This document shows, in pieces, positions 36,377 to 48,563 of a DNA stretch of 64,000 bases. The stretch is from NCBI GenBank assembly GCA_020248985.1, contig JADCGL010000020.1:132227-196226 (forward strand). Direction: 5' to 3'. Position 1 is the stretch's first letter. The number at the start of each line of letters is the position of its first letter. Source of the DNA: Telmatospirillum sp. GTDB taxonomy: Bacteria; Pseudomonadota; Alphaproteobacteria; CACIAM-22H2. A model generated the notes under the pieces. The model was given only the letters and a program-made list of their open reading frames with translations, had not been told where the DNA came from and ran no database searches. The position numbers were made by a program, and so were the translations under genes.

Positions 36377-36751
36377 TTAGCGCTCGCGCGGCCGGCCGGC
36401 ATAGGTGCCGGTCTGCGGCCAGATCATTTCGAGGCCGATCGGCTGGTCGCCGGGCAGCTTGCGCAAGATGGCCTTGAGGCCGATCGCGTCGGCGTAGCGC
36501 TCGGCTTCCGATTCCGCGTGGCCGCGAATGCGCCGGCGCGTGGCGCCCGGCAGGCGGTCGAAGGCGGTGCGCGCGAGCTCGAAATTGAACGGGCTTTCGT
36601 CGTCGGCCGCCGTGCGGATCGCGCGCGCCACGTGATGGTCGGGCCCCAGCAATTCGCCGACCGATTTGGACAGGATGAAGATCGCGCGCACGCGTTCGCG
36701 CGGGCGCGCGGCGGCGGCTTGGGCGCGGGGAGCGGAAGGAAGTTCTGCCAT
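36377..36751 (-). CDS. hypothetical protein (124 aa)
   Basis: Good GC3 codon usage. No Cys/His zinc motif, so it is not MucR/Ros. Family not recognised. Confidence 0.5.
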   Translation of the reverse strand: MAELPSAPRAQAAAARPRERVRAIFILSKSVGELLGPDHHVARAIRTAADDESPFNFELARTAFDRLPGATRRRIRGHAESEAERYADAIGLKAILRKLPGDQPIGLEMIWPQTGTYAGRPRER

Positions 36752-36804
36752 CGGACGGATCGCCTTGTTGGGCCGGTCCTACGGCAGCTGCCGTCAGGCC
36801 CGGG

Positions 36805-38613
<1,809 letters not shown>

Positions 38614-38680
38614 CTATACGCCGATCAGCCCGTCGGCGATCGCGGTCGAATATCGCCGCGATGGAATATCGAAACGAACG

Positions 38681-39415
38681 CTACGCATCGCCGCCGAGCT
38701 CTTTGAGTGCCAGGTCGATGCGTTGGTGGCGGCTTTCGTTGGCGCGCGGGTTGGCCGCCCCCCAGCGCGTGGCGCGGCGGAAATCCCGGAAGCGCTCGAT
38801 GTCGAGCGGGTTGGCGGGAGCGACACTGCGCGTCTTGCCGTCGGCTCCGTCGAAGGCAACCGTACGACCGGCGAGGAAGGCTTCGAGCCGTTCGGTCGAA
38901 CCGGTGCCGAACTGGTGCAGATGGCAGCCAAGTTCGATCTGGCCGCGCAGGCTGCGCGCGAACTCGGCCGCCCCGGGGCTTGCCGTTGCGATCATGCGGC
39001 GCACGGCCAAGCCGATGCGCACGAGCTTCAATCGCTCGAAGCGCGCGAGGATCGCTGCCGCCCCCGGCCAGGCCAGCAGGCGCATGCCGATGCGCTCGGC
39101 CTGGGCGCGTTCGGTTTTGGCCATCTGTGCGGTCGGTTTGGCGAAGAGCCGCTCGAGATCGACGCGCGCGGCAAGTGCGTGGGGCTGCTTCGTGTCGAGA
39201 TCGAGCAGGCGCGCGCGGGCAAAAGCGGCCAGCCTTGCGCGCAATTCGGCCTGTTGGCTTAGATCCATTTGCAGGCGGCCGAGCGACAGGCCGCTTGCAC
39301 CATTGTCGAGCGCAACCGCCTGGCCTGCACGCGCGCCCTCGGCCGCCGCCAAGGTTGGCTCGAGCCAGCGCACAAACTGCGGATGCAGGCCAATCCGCAG
39401 GGCGGCGCCGTTCAT
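38681..39415 (-). CDS. hypothetical protein (243 aa from ATG 39415; an in-frame upstream ATG at 39559 with a perfect SD would add 48 aa)
   Basis: The body has normal high GC3. The 48-codon in-frame extension (MAISTNRVEANLL...DIVLEQKKNM) has A/T-rich third positions and contains the 17-mer motif. That favours 39415 as the start and makes the extension a leader. Confidence 0.55.
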   Translation of the reverse strand: MNGAALRIGLHPQFVRWLEPTLAAAEGARAGQAVALDNGASGLSLGRLQMDLSQQAELRARLAAFARARLLDLDTKQPHALAARVDLERLFAKPTAQMAKTERAQAERIGMRLLAWPGAAAILARFERLKLVRIGLAVRRMIATASPGAAEFARSLRGQIELGCHLHQFGTGSTERLEAFLAGRTVAFDGADGKTRSVAPANPLDIERFRDFRRATRWGAANPRANESRHQRIDLALKELGGDA

Positions 39416-39423
39416 ATTCTTTT

Positions 39424-39440
39424 TTTGTTCCAAAACAATA
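39424..39440 (-). repeat. 17-nt motif TATTGTTTTGGAACAAA (mRNA sense), copy B, 8 nt upstream of ATG 39415
   Basis: Identical to copy A at 18088-18104, in the same orientation relative to the downstream start codon. Confidence 0.6.
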
Positions 39441-39559
39441 TCGGCATTGCCGGGATTGAGGCCGTAAGGGCCGATGACAGCTGGCAGGCGCTGCACGCGA
39501 TCTCCGCGATCCATTCTGGCGAGCAGATTTGCTTCGACTCTGTTCGTCGATATTGCCAT

Positions 39560-39640
39560 ATTGTTCTCCTAAGTGAATAAAAAGAATAATATCTAATATA
39601 GGATAATTAATCAAATTATTTTTGTGCGAGCTTGGCAAAG
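39560..39640. promoter_or_regulatory. AT-rich island in the divergent intergenic region (likely promoters)
   Basis: ttgttctcctaagtgaataaaaagaataatatctaatataggataattaatcaaattatttttgtg is about 80% A/T inside a roughly 67% GC genome. It contains the reverse complement of AGGAG-6nt-ATG for the minus gene and a TTATCC-like element. Confidence 0.45.
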
Positions 39641-39776
39641 AGTTTTGACCCGCCGCAGGGCGGCCTATATAAACCGTGCCATTCGCACAATTCGGTACGC
39701 CTCGGTTCGATTTGCCATGGGATTGCGTCCTGGCAGACAGGGTCGAATTTTGCGTGCCGTCGCCAGGAGACTGCAA

Positions 39777-40385
39777 ATGTCGTTGCCCTTGATGCCCAAA
39801 GCCACGGCCGTGTGGCTGGTCGAAAACACCGCGCTCAGCTTCGAGCAGATCGCCGAGTTCTGCGGCATGCATTCGCTCGAAGTGCAGGGCATTGCCGACG
39901 GCGAAGTGGCGATGGGGATCAACGGCCTCGATCCGATCGCCAACAACCAGCTCACGCGCGAAGAGATCACGCGCGCGGAAGCGGATCCGGCGGCCCGCCT
40001 CAATCTCCTGAAGGTCGATCTGCCGATGCCGGTGCAGCGCCCGAAGGGGGCCAAATACACGCCCGTATCCAAGCGCCAGGATCGCCCGGCCGCGATCGCG
40101 TGGCTGCTGCGCCACCATGCCGAGCTCGGCGATGCCGCGATCGGCAAGCTTGTGGGCACCACGAAGCCGACGATTCAGAAAATCCGCGACCGCTCGCATT
40201 TCGACATGGCCAACATCAAGCCGACCAATCCGGTCGTGCTCGGCCTGTGCAGCCAGGACGCGCTCGACGAAGCGATCGGCCGCGCCGCCCGTTCGGCCGA
40301 GCGTGCGCGCAAAGAGCAGGAACGCGCCGCCAAGCGTGCCGCCAAAGCCGCAACCGACGCCGCCGCCGCGAAGGCCGAAGCCTAA
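39777..40385 (+). CDS. DUF1013 domain protein (conserved alphaproteobacterial; some databases label this family TrcR-like)
   Basis: AGGAGA lies 7 nt before ATG 39777. MSLPLMPKATAVWLVENTALSFEQIAEFCGMHSLEVQGIADGEVAMGINGLDPIANNQLTREEI, with a Lys/Ala-rich C-terminal tail. The tracked ORF from 39624 is an upstream artefact. Confidence 0.7.
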   Translation: MSLPLMPKATAVWLVENTALSFEQIAEFCGMHSLEVQGIADGEVAMGINGLDPIANNQLTREEITRAEADPAARLNLLKVDLPMPVQRPKGAKYTPVSKRQDRPAAIAWLLRHHAELGDAAIGKLVGTTKPTIQKIRDRSHFDMANIKPTNPVVLGLCSQDALDEAIGRAARSAERARKEQERAAKRAAKAATDAAAAKAEA

Positions 40386-40388
40386 GCG

Positions 40389-42302
40389 TCAGGCTTCCTT
40401 CGCGTAGCCGGCGTCTTTCAAGCTCGCGCGGATTTCGTCGAGGATCGCGGGATCGTCGATCGTGGCGGGCGGCTTGTAGCTCTGCGCGTCGGCGATTTTC
40501 TGCATCGTTCCGCGCAGGATTTTGCCCGAACGCGTCTTGGGCAGGCGCTTCACGACCACGGCCTGCTTGAACGCGGCGACGGGGCCGATCTTGTCGCGCA
40601 CGAGGGCCACGATCTCCGCCGTGATCGTCGCATCGGGCTTGTTGACGCCCGATTTGAGCACGACGAAGCCGAGCGGCACCTGGCCTTTCAATTCGTCGGC
40701 AACGCCGATCACGGCGCATTCGGCGACATCCGCGTGGCTTGCCAGCACTTCTTCCATCTGCCCCGTCGACAGGCGATGGCCGGCCACGTTGATCACGTCG
40801 TCGACACGGGTCATCACATAGAGATAGCCGTCTTCGTCGATATAGCCGGCATCGCCGGTTTTGTAGCAGCCTGGATATTCGGCGAGATACGCGTCGATGA
40901 AACGTTGCTCGGCGTTCCACAGCGTGGGGAACGTGCCCGGCGGCAGCGGCAGGCGGCAAACGATGGCGCCGATTTGGCCGGCCGCCAGCGCATGCCCGTC
41001 GGTGTCGAGCACAGCCACGTCCCAGCCGGGGACGGGCTTGGTCGGCGAGCCGGGCTTGATCGGGAACAGCGCACCCGTGCCGGTCGGAATGCCGAGGCAA
41101 TTGGCCGCGATGGGCCAGCCGGTTTCGGTCTGCCACCAATGGTCCACGACCGGGCGCTGCAGCTTCTGCGTGGCCCAGTCGAGGGTCGCCGGATCGCAGC
41201 GCTCGCCCGCCAGAAACAGCGCGCGGAAGCCCGAAAGATCGTGTTTGGCGATGAGCAGCCCTTCGGGATCCTCTTTTCGGATCGCGCGGAATGCCGTGGG
41301 TGCGGTGAACAAGGTTTTGACGCCGTGGCTCTCGATCACGCGCCAATAGACACCCGCATCCGGCGTGCCGACGGGCTTGCCTTCGAACAGCACCGTCGTG
41401 CAGCCCGCCAGCAACGGCGCGTAGCAGATATAGGAATGGCCGACGACCCAGCCGACGTCGGAGGCCGCCCAGAAAACCTCGCCGGGCTTCATGTCGTAGA
41501 TCGCCTGCATCGAATAATGCAATGCAACCGCATGCCCGCCATTGTCGCGCACCACGCCCTTGGGGGCTCCTGTGGTGCCCGATGTGTAGAGGATGTAGAG
41601 CGGGTCGGTCGCCAGCACGGGCACGCAATCGGCGGGTGCGGCGGCGGCGACCGCTTCGGCCCAGTCGCGGTCGCGGCCCGGAACGAGGGCGCAGGCAAGC
41701 TGGGGACGCTGCAGGATGAGGCACGCCGAAGGTTTGTGTTTGGCGATGGCGATCGCGGCGTCGAGCAATGGCTTGTAGGGGACGATTTTGGCGCCTTCGA
41801 TGCCGCACGAGGCCGACAGAATAGCCTTGGGCGTGCAGTCGTCGATGCGCACGGCAAGCTCGTTGGCGGCAAAACCGCCGAACACGACCGAATGCACGGC
41901 CCCCAGTCGCGCGCAGGCCAGCATCGCCACGAGCGCTTCGGGCACCATTGGCATATAGACGATCACGCGGTCGCCTGCGGCCACACCCGCTTCTTTGAGC
42001 GCACCGGCGAGTGCCGCGATTTTCGCCTGCATCTCGACATAGGTGAAACGCGCGATGGTGCCGGTCACGGGGCTGTCGTAGATCACGGCAAGGCGCTGGC
42101 CGTGGCCAGCGGCGACATGGCGGTCGATCGCGTTCCAGCACGTGTTGAGCAGGCCGCCCGGAAACCAGCGCGCGACCGGCTTGGCATCGGCATCGAGCAC
42201 GCGCTCGAAGGGGCGGATCCAGTCGATGCCCTGCGCGATCTCGCCCCAGAACCCCTCCGGATCGCGTCGCGAACGGCTGTGGATTTCGGCGTAAGTTGCC
42301 AT
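40389..42302 (-). CDS. prpE: propionyl-CoA synthetase (AMP-forming acyl-CoA ligase)
   Basis: 637 aa, colinear with enteric PrpE: ARWFPGGLLNTCWNAIDRH, YTSGTTGAPKGV, DVGWVVGHSYI, TRVDDVINVAGHRL and LPKTRSGKILR. Confidence 0.78.
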   Translation of the reverse strand: MATYAEIHSRSRRDPEGFWGEIAQGIDWIRPFERVLDADAKPVARWFPGGLLNTCWNAIDRHVAAGHGQRLAVIYDSPVTGTIARFTYVEMQAKIAALAGALKEAGVAAGDRVIVYMPMVPEALVAMLACARLGAVHSVVFGGFAANELAVRIDDCTPKAILSASCGIEGAKIVPYKPLLDAAIAIAKHKPSACLILQRPQLACALVPGRDRDWAEAVAAAAPADCVPVLATDPLYILYTSGTTGAPKGVVRDNGGHAVALHYSMQAIYDMKPGEVFWAASDVGWVVGHSYICYAPLLAGCTTVLFEGKPVGTPDAGVYWRVIESHGVKTLFTAPTAFRAIRKEDPEGLLIAKHDLSGFRALFLAGERCDPATLDWATQKLQRPVVDHWWQTETGWPIAANCLGIPTGTGALFPIKPGSPTKPVPGWDVAVLDTDGHALAAGQIGAIVCRLPLPPGTFPTLWNAEQRFIDAYLAEYPGCYKTGDAGYIDEDGYLYVMTRVDDVINVAGHRLSTGQMEEVLASHADVAECAVIGVADELKGQVPLGFVVLKSGVNKPDATITAEIVALVRDKIGPVAAFKQAVVVKRLPKTRSGKILRGTMQKIADAQSYKPPATIDDPAILDEIRASLKDAGYAKEA

Positions 42303-42657
42303 CGGTCGCGTTCCCCCTGCTGTCGTGCGTCTCTTGTTTGGCGCTTTGAGCTTTGCCTCCGAACCTTGCCCGGAACTGCCGCGATTGGGAAGGGCCGGGC
42401 GGCCCCCCGAAAACGAGGTGCGGCATAGCGCCGCAGGGGGTGCGCAAAAGGGCGGTTTTGGCCTTGTTTTCTGCGGTTTGGCGCCCGGATCGCCGCTATC
42501 GGCCCGCGGCCATGCCGGGGGCCGTATGCGCAGTTGAGATTGTCACGCTATGTCGTGTACGTTGACCCCGGTTCGCACGGACTCCGGTTCGCCGGTGCCG
42601 TGCGGCTGAACGCAAAAAAACGTCGATCCGGCACTCATCCGAAACAATAGGCAGGCC

Positions 42658-45199
<2,542 letters not shown>

Positions 45200-45223
45200 G
45201 CGGCGAACGGGGAAAGTACGGCA

Positions 45224-46201
45224 ATGTCCGCAGACGGTGGCTACGAAGCAACGCTGAACCCGGCGCTTGATGCGCCGGGGCTCGGCGCGTCCGCGGCATC
45301 CGGCGGCGTTGCCGATTTTGTGGCGCTGCTGAAGCCGCGCGTGATGAGCCTGGTGGTGTTCACAGGCCTTGTGGGGTTGATGCTTGCCCCGCCGAGCCTG
45401 CACCCGTTCGAGGCTGCGGTTGCGGTCGTGTGCATCGCCGTTGCCGCCGGGGCCGCCGGTGCGATCAACATGTGGTACGACGCCGACATCGACGCGTTGA
45501 TGCGGCGCACGGCCACGCGCCCCATCCCGGCGGGCCGCGTCGATCCGTCGGAGGCTTTGGCCTTCGGCGTCGTGCTTTCGATCGCGTCGGTCGTGACGAT
45601 GATTTTGGCGACCAATCTGGTGGCGGGCGCATTGCTGGCCGGTTCGATCGCCTTCTACGTTTTCATCTACACGATGTGGCTCAAGCGCAGCACGCCGCAG
45701 AACATCGTGATCGGCGGGGCTGCCGGCGCCTTCCCGCCGATGATCGGCTGGGCGGCCGCGACCGGCGACGTGACCCTCGCCCCGATCGTCCTGTTCGCGA
45801 TCGTGTTCATGTGGACGCCGCCGCATTTCTGGGCGCTCGCTCTGTTCGGCTGCCGCGACTACGCCAAGGCCGGCGTGCCGATGCTGCCGGTGGTGGCCGG
45901 CAAGCCCGAGACGCGCCGCCAGATCGTGATCTATTCGGTTTTGATGGCGCCCCTGGGCGTGGCCCCCTATGCGCTGGGTTTGGTCGGTCCCATCTATGCC
46001 GCGGCCGCGACCGTGCTGGGCCTCGTGTTCGTCGCCGGTGCCTTCGCCGTGTGGCGCGACGGCAAAGCGGAAGGTGCGGATGCGCCGGACTTCGCCGAGC
46101 CGGCCGCGCGCCGCCTGTTCGGCTATTCGATCGTCTATCTGTTTCTGCTGTTCGGGCTCATGATCTTCGATCGCGTGCCCTACGCTGGCGGGGCCTTCTG
46201 A
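45224..46201 (+). CDS. ctaB: heme o synthase (protoheme IX farnesyltransferase)
   Basis: UbiA-family motifs NMWYDADIDALMRRTATRPIPAGR, and WTPPHFWALAL. Confidence 0.9.
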   Translation: MSADGGYEATLNPALDAPGLGASAASGGVADFVALLKPRVMSLVVFTGLVGLMLAPPSLHPFEAAVAVVCIAVAAGAAGAINMWYDADIDALMRRTATRPIPAGRVDPSEALAFGVVLSIASVVTMILATNLVAGALLAGSIAFYVFIYTMWLKRSTPQNIVIGGAAGAFPPMIGWAAATGDVTLAPIVLFAIVFMWTPPHFWALALFGCRDYAKAGVPMLPVVAGKPETRRQIVIYSVLMAPLGVAPYALGLVGPIYAAAATVLGLVFVAGAFAVWRDGKAEGADAPDFAEPAARRLFGYSIVYLFLLFGLMIFDRVPYAGGAF

Positions 46202-46332
46202 TGGACGAAGCGCCGAAGGTCGCCCCTGATTTCGAAAAGCGCCGCCGCGCCAAAAACGTCGCGATCGCATTGACGCTCGCCGGTTTCTGCGCGCTATTCT
46301 ACGCCATCACCGTCGTCAAGATGATCAAATGA
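46201..46332 (+). CDS. small cox-cluster membrane protein (coxF-like, 43 aa)
   Basis: MDEAPKVAPDFEKRRRAKNVAIALTLAGFCALFYAITVVKMIK. Its ATG overlaps the ctaB stop (TGATG) and its stop overlaps the ctaG start (ATGA). It is too short for the ORF track but shares the frame of ORF 45430..46332. Confidence 0.55.
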   Translation: MDEAPKVAPDFEKRRRAKNVAIALTLAGFCALFYAITVVKMIK

Positions 46333-46916
46333 GCGCTGAACCTGCCCCCAACAACGCCGCCCAACAGCGCCGCGCGACCGGCCTTGCCGTCGCCGGCATC
46401 GGGCTCGGCATGCTGGCGTTGGCTTTTGCCGCCGTGCCGCTTTATCGGCTGTTTTGCCAGATCACCGGCTTCGGCGGCACGCCGCTTGTCGCGACGGCGG
46501 CACCTGCCCAGCTCGGCACGCGCCAAGTGACCGTGCGGTTCGATGCCAATGTGATGGGCGGACCGCAGGCATTGGGCTGGCGCTTCCAAGCGCCGTCGTC
46601 GGTCAAGGTCACGACCGGCGAAGAGCATCTGATCTTCTTCACGGCCGCCAATCGCGGTGCGGAAGCTTCGACCGGTACGGCGACGTTCAACGTGACGCCG
46701 CTCAAAGCCGCCCCTTATTTCCAGAAGATCGCGTGCTTCTGCTTCACCGAGCAGACGCTGGCACCCGGCGAATCGATGTCGATGCCGGTGTCGTTTTTCG
46801 TCGATCCGGCGATCGAAAACGACATCAACATGCGCGACGTGACGACCATCACGCTGTCCTACTCGCTGTACCGCGCGGCCGACCAGGCGAAACTGGCGGC
46901 GGCGACACCCAACTGA
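46329..46916 (+). CDS. ctaG: cytochrome c oxidase assembly protein CtaG/Cox11
   Basis: TM anchor then the Cox11 domain with FQKIACFCFTEQTL (copper-binding CFCF). Confidence 0.9.
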   Translation: MSAEPAPNNAAQQRRATGLAVAGIGLGMLALAFAAVPLYRLFCQITGFGGTPLVATAAPAQLGTRQVTVRFDANVMGGPQALGWRFQAPSSVKVTTGEEHLIFFTAANRGAEASTGTATFNVTPLKAAPYFQKIACFCFTEQTLAPGESMSMPVSFFVDPAIENDINMRDVTTITLSYSLYRAADQAKLAAATPN

Positions 46917-46928
46917 GGAACCACGAAC

Positions 46929-47810
46929 ATGGCCCAGACCTCCGCCCACGGGAGCAAGCACCCTTACCATCTGGTCGAACCGAGCGGCTGGCCGGCCTTC
47001 GGCGCGCTGTCCGCTTTGGTGCTCGCCACGGGCGCGTTGCTGGTGATGCATCCCGACCTGTTCGGCGCGAGCTCGGAAGCCTTCTTCAAGGCTTTGGGTC
47101 CCTGGAAACTCGTGCTCGGCTTCGCGATGGTGCTGTTCACGATGTACGGGTGGTGGCGCCAGGTCATCCACGAAAGCATGACCAAGGGCCTGCATTCGCC
47201 GGTCGTGCGGCTGGGCCTCCGCTACGCGATGGTGCTGTTCATCGCGTCGGAAGTGATGTTCTTCGTCGCGTTCTTCTGGTCCTACTTCCATTTCTCGTTC
47301 TATCCGGCCCTGCACACGATCGGCCAGGTGTGGCCGCCCAAGGACATCGTCACGTTCGATCCCTGGGATCTCCCGTTCCTCAACACGCTGATCCTGCTGA
47401 CCTCGGGGGCGACCGTGACGTGGGCGCACCATTCGCTGATCGAAGGCAACCGCCAGGGCCTGATCTGGGGTCTCGTGGCGACCGTGGCACTCGGCATCGC
47501 GTTCACGGCCTGCCAGGCCTACGAATACAGCCACGCGGCTTTCTCGTTCGACGCCAACGCCTATTCGTCGGTGTTCTTCATGGCGACGGGCTTCCACGGC
47601 TTCCACGTGCTCGTCGGCACGATCTTCTTGGCCGTGTGCCTTGTGCGCGCGATCAAGAACCAGTTCACGCCGGAGCGCCATTTCGGTTTCGAAGCGGCCG
47701 CTTGGTACTGGCATTTCGTCGACGTCGTGTGGCTGTTCCTGTTCGCGGTCATCTACGTGGCGGGCGAAGGCCCCAACAGCCTGCCGGGCCACGGCCCGTG
47801 GTCGAGCTAA
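46929..47810 (+). CDS. ctaE: cytochrome c oxidase subunit III
   Basis: HPYHLVEPSGWP, and the 7-TM subunit III pattern (GFHGFHVLVGTIFL). Confidence 0.93.
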   Translation: MAQTSAHGSKHPYHLVEPSGWPAFGALSALVLATGALLVMHPDLFGASSEAFFKALGPWKLVLGFAMVLFTMYGWWRQVIHESMTKGLHSPVVRLGLRYAMVLFIASEVMFFVAFFWSYFHFSFYPALHTIGQVWPPKDIVTFDPWDLPFLNTLILLTSGATVTWAHHSLIEGNRQGLIWGLVATVALGIAFTACQAYEYSHAAFSFDANAYSSVFFMATGFHGFHVLVGTIFLAVCLVRAIKNQFTPERHFGFEAAAWYWHFVDVVWLFLFAVIYVAGEGPNSLPGHGPWSS

Positions 47811-47846
47811 TCGCCGCGCACGTTTTTCGCAACCCGGGCACCGTCG

Positions 47847-48563
47847 ATGTTTGACCGGTTCTTCGCCGGCTTCCAGCCGCGCCTGGTGCCGACCCTGCTG
47901 AGCCTGCCCGGTGTTGTGATCCTGTTCGGGCTCGCCGGGTGGCAGTTCTCGCGCCATATCGAACGCGAAGCCGAAAACGATTTTCGTGCGGGCCGTCTGG
48001 CGCTGGCCGCGGTCGATGTCGATGCGGCGATGGCCGATCCGGCGGCGCATCGTTTTCGCCGCGTGACGGTCGAAGGCACCTTCGCGCACGACAAAGAGCT
48101 GTACGTCTACGCGCGCTCGCTGCGCGGCAACGAAGGGTTCTATGTGGTGACCCCGTTGCTGCGCGAGGGCAAACCCGCCGTGCTCGTCAATCGCGGCTGG
48201 GTCAGCAAGGATCTGCGCAGTGCTAGCTTGCGCGCCGAAGGCCAACTCGCGGGCGTGCAGCGCGTCGAGGGCATTCTGCGCGACGAGCCGCGCCGCGGCC
48301 CCTGGATGCCGGACAACGAGATCGCCTCGAACCAATGGTTCTGGTTCGATCTGCCGGCGATGCAGAAGGTCGCGTCTTTGCCCGCGATGCTGCCGGTCTA
48401 TGTCGAAGCCGATCTCGAGCCGCGCAATCCGGGCGGCTGGCCGCGCGGCGGCCAGACCCAGATTCAATTGCCGCGCCCGCATCTGCAGTACGCGTTCACA
48501 TGGTTCTGCCTCGCGATCGCGTTGGCGGCCGTCTATCTCCTGTCGCAGAGGCGCAAGCCATGA
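47847..48563 (+). CDS. SURF1 family cytochrome oxidase biogenesis protein
   Basis: Two TM helices flank a periplasmic domain: WQFSRHIEREAE...YVVTPLLREGKPAVLVNRGWV...PHLQYAFTWFCLA. Confidence 0.85.
   Translation: MFDRFFAGFQPRLVPTLLSLPGVVILFGLAGWQFSRHIEREAENDFRAGRLALAAVDVDAAMADPAAHRFRRVTVEGTFAHDKELYVYARSLRGNEGFYVVTPLLREGKPAVLVNRGWVSKDLRSASLRAEGQLAGVQRVEGILRDEPRRGPWMPDNEIASNQWFWFDLPAMQKVASLPAMLPVYVEADLEPRNPGGWPRGGQTQIQLPRPHLQYAFTWFCLAIALAAVYLLSQRRKP

Noticed and set aside
39560-39640. AT-rich island as a chromosomal replication origin or a mobile-element end
   Set aside because: There are no clustered DnaA boxes (only one weak TTATCC-like element), no flanking repeats, and no integrase or transposase. 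It sits in an ordinary divergent promoter position.
40380-40400. Hairpin GAAGCCT-aagcgtc-AGGCTTC between convergent DUF1013 and prpE genes as a terminator
   Set aside because: The stem is only 7 bp, has no U-tract on either strand, and overlaps both stop codons. It was kept out of the feature list.
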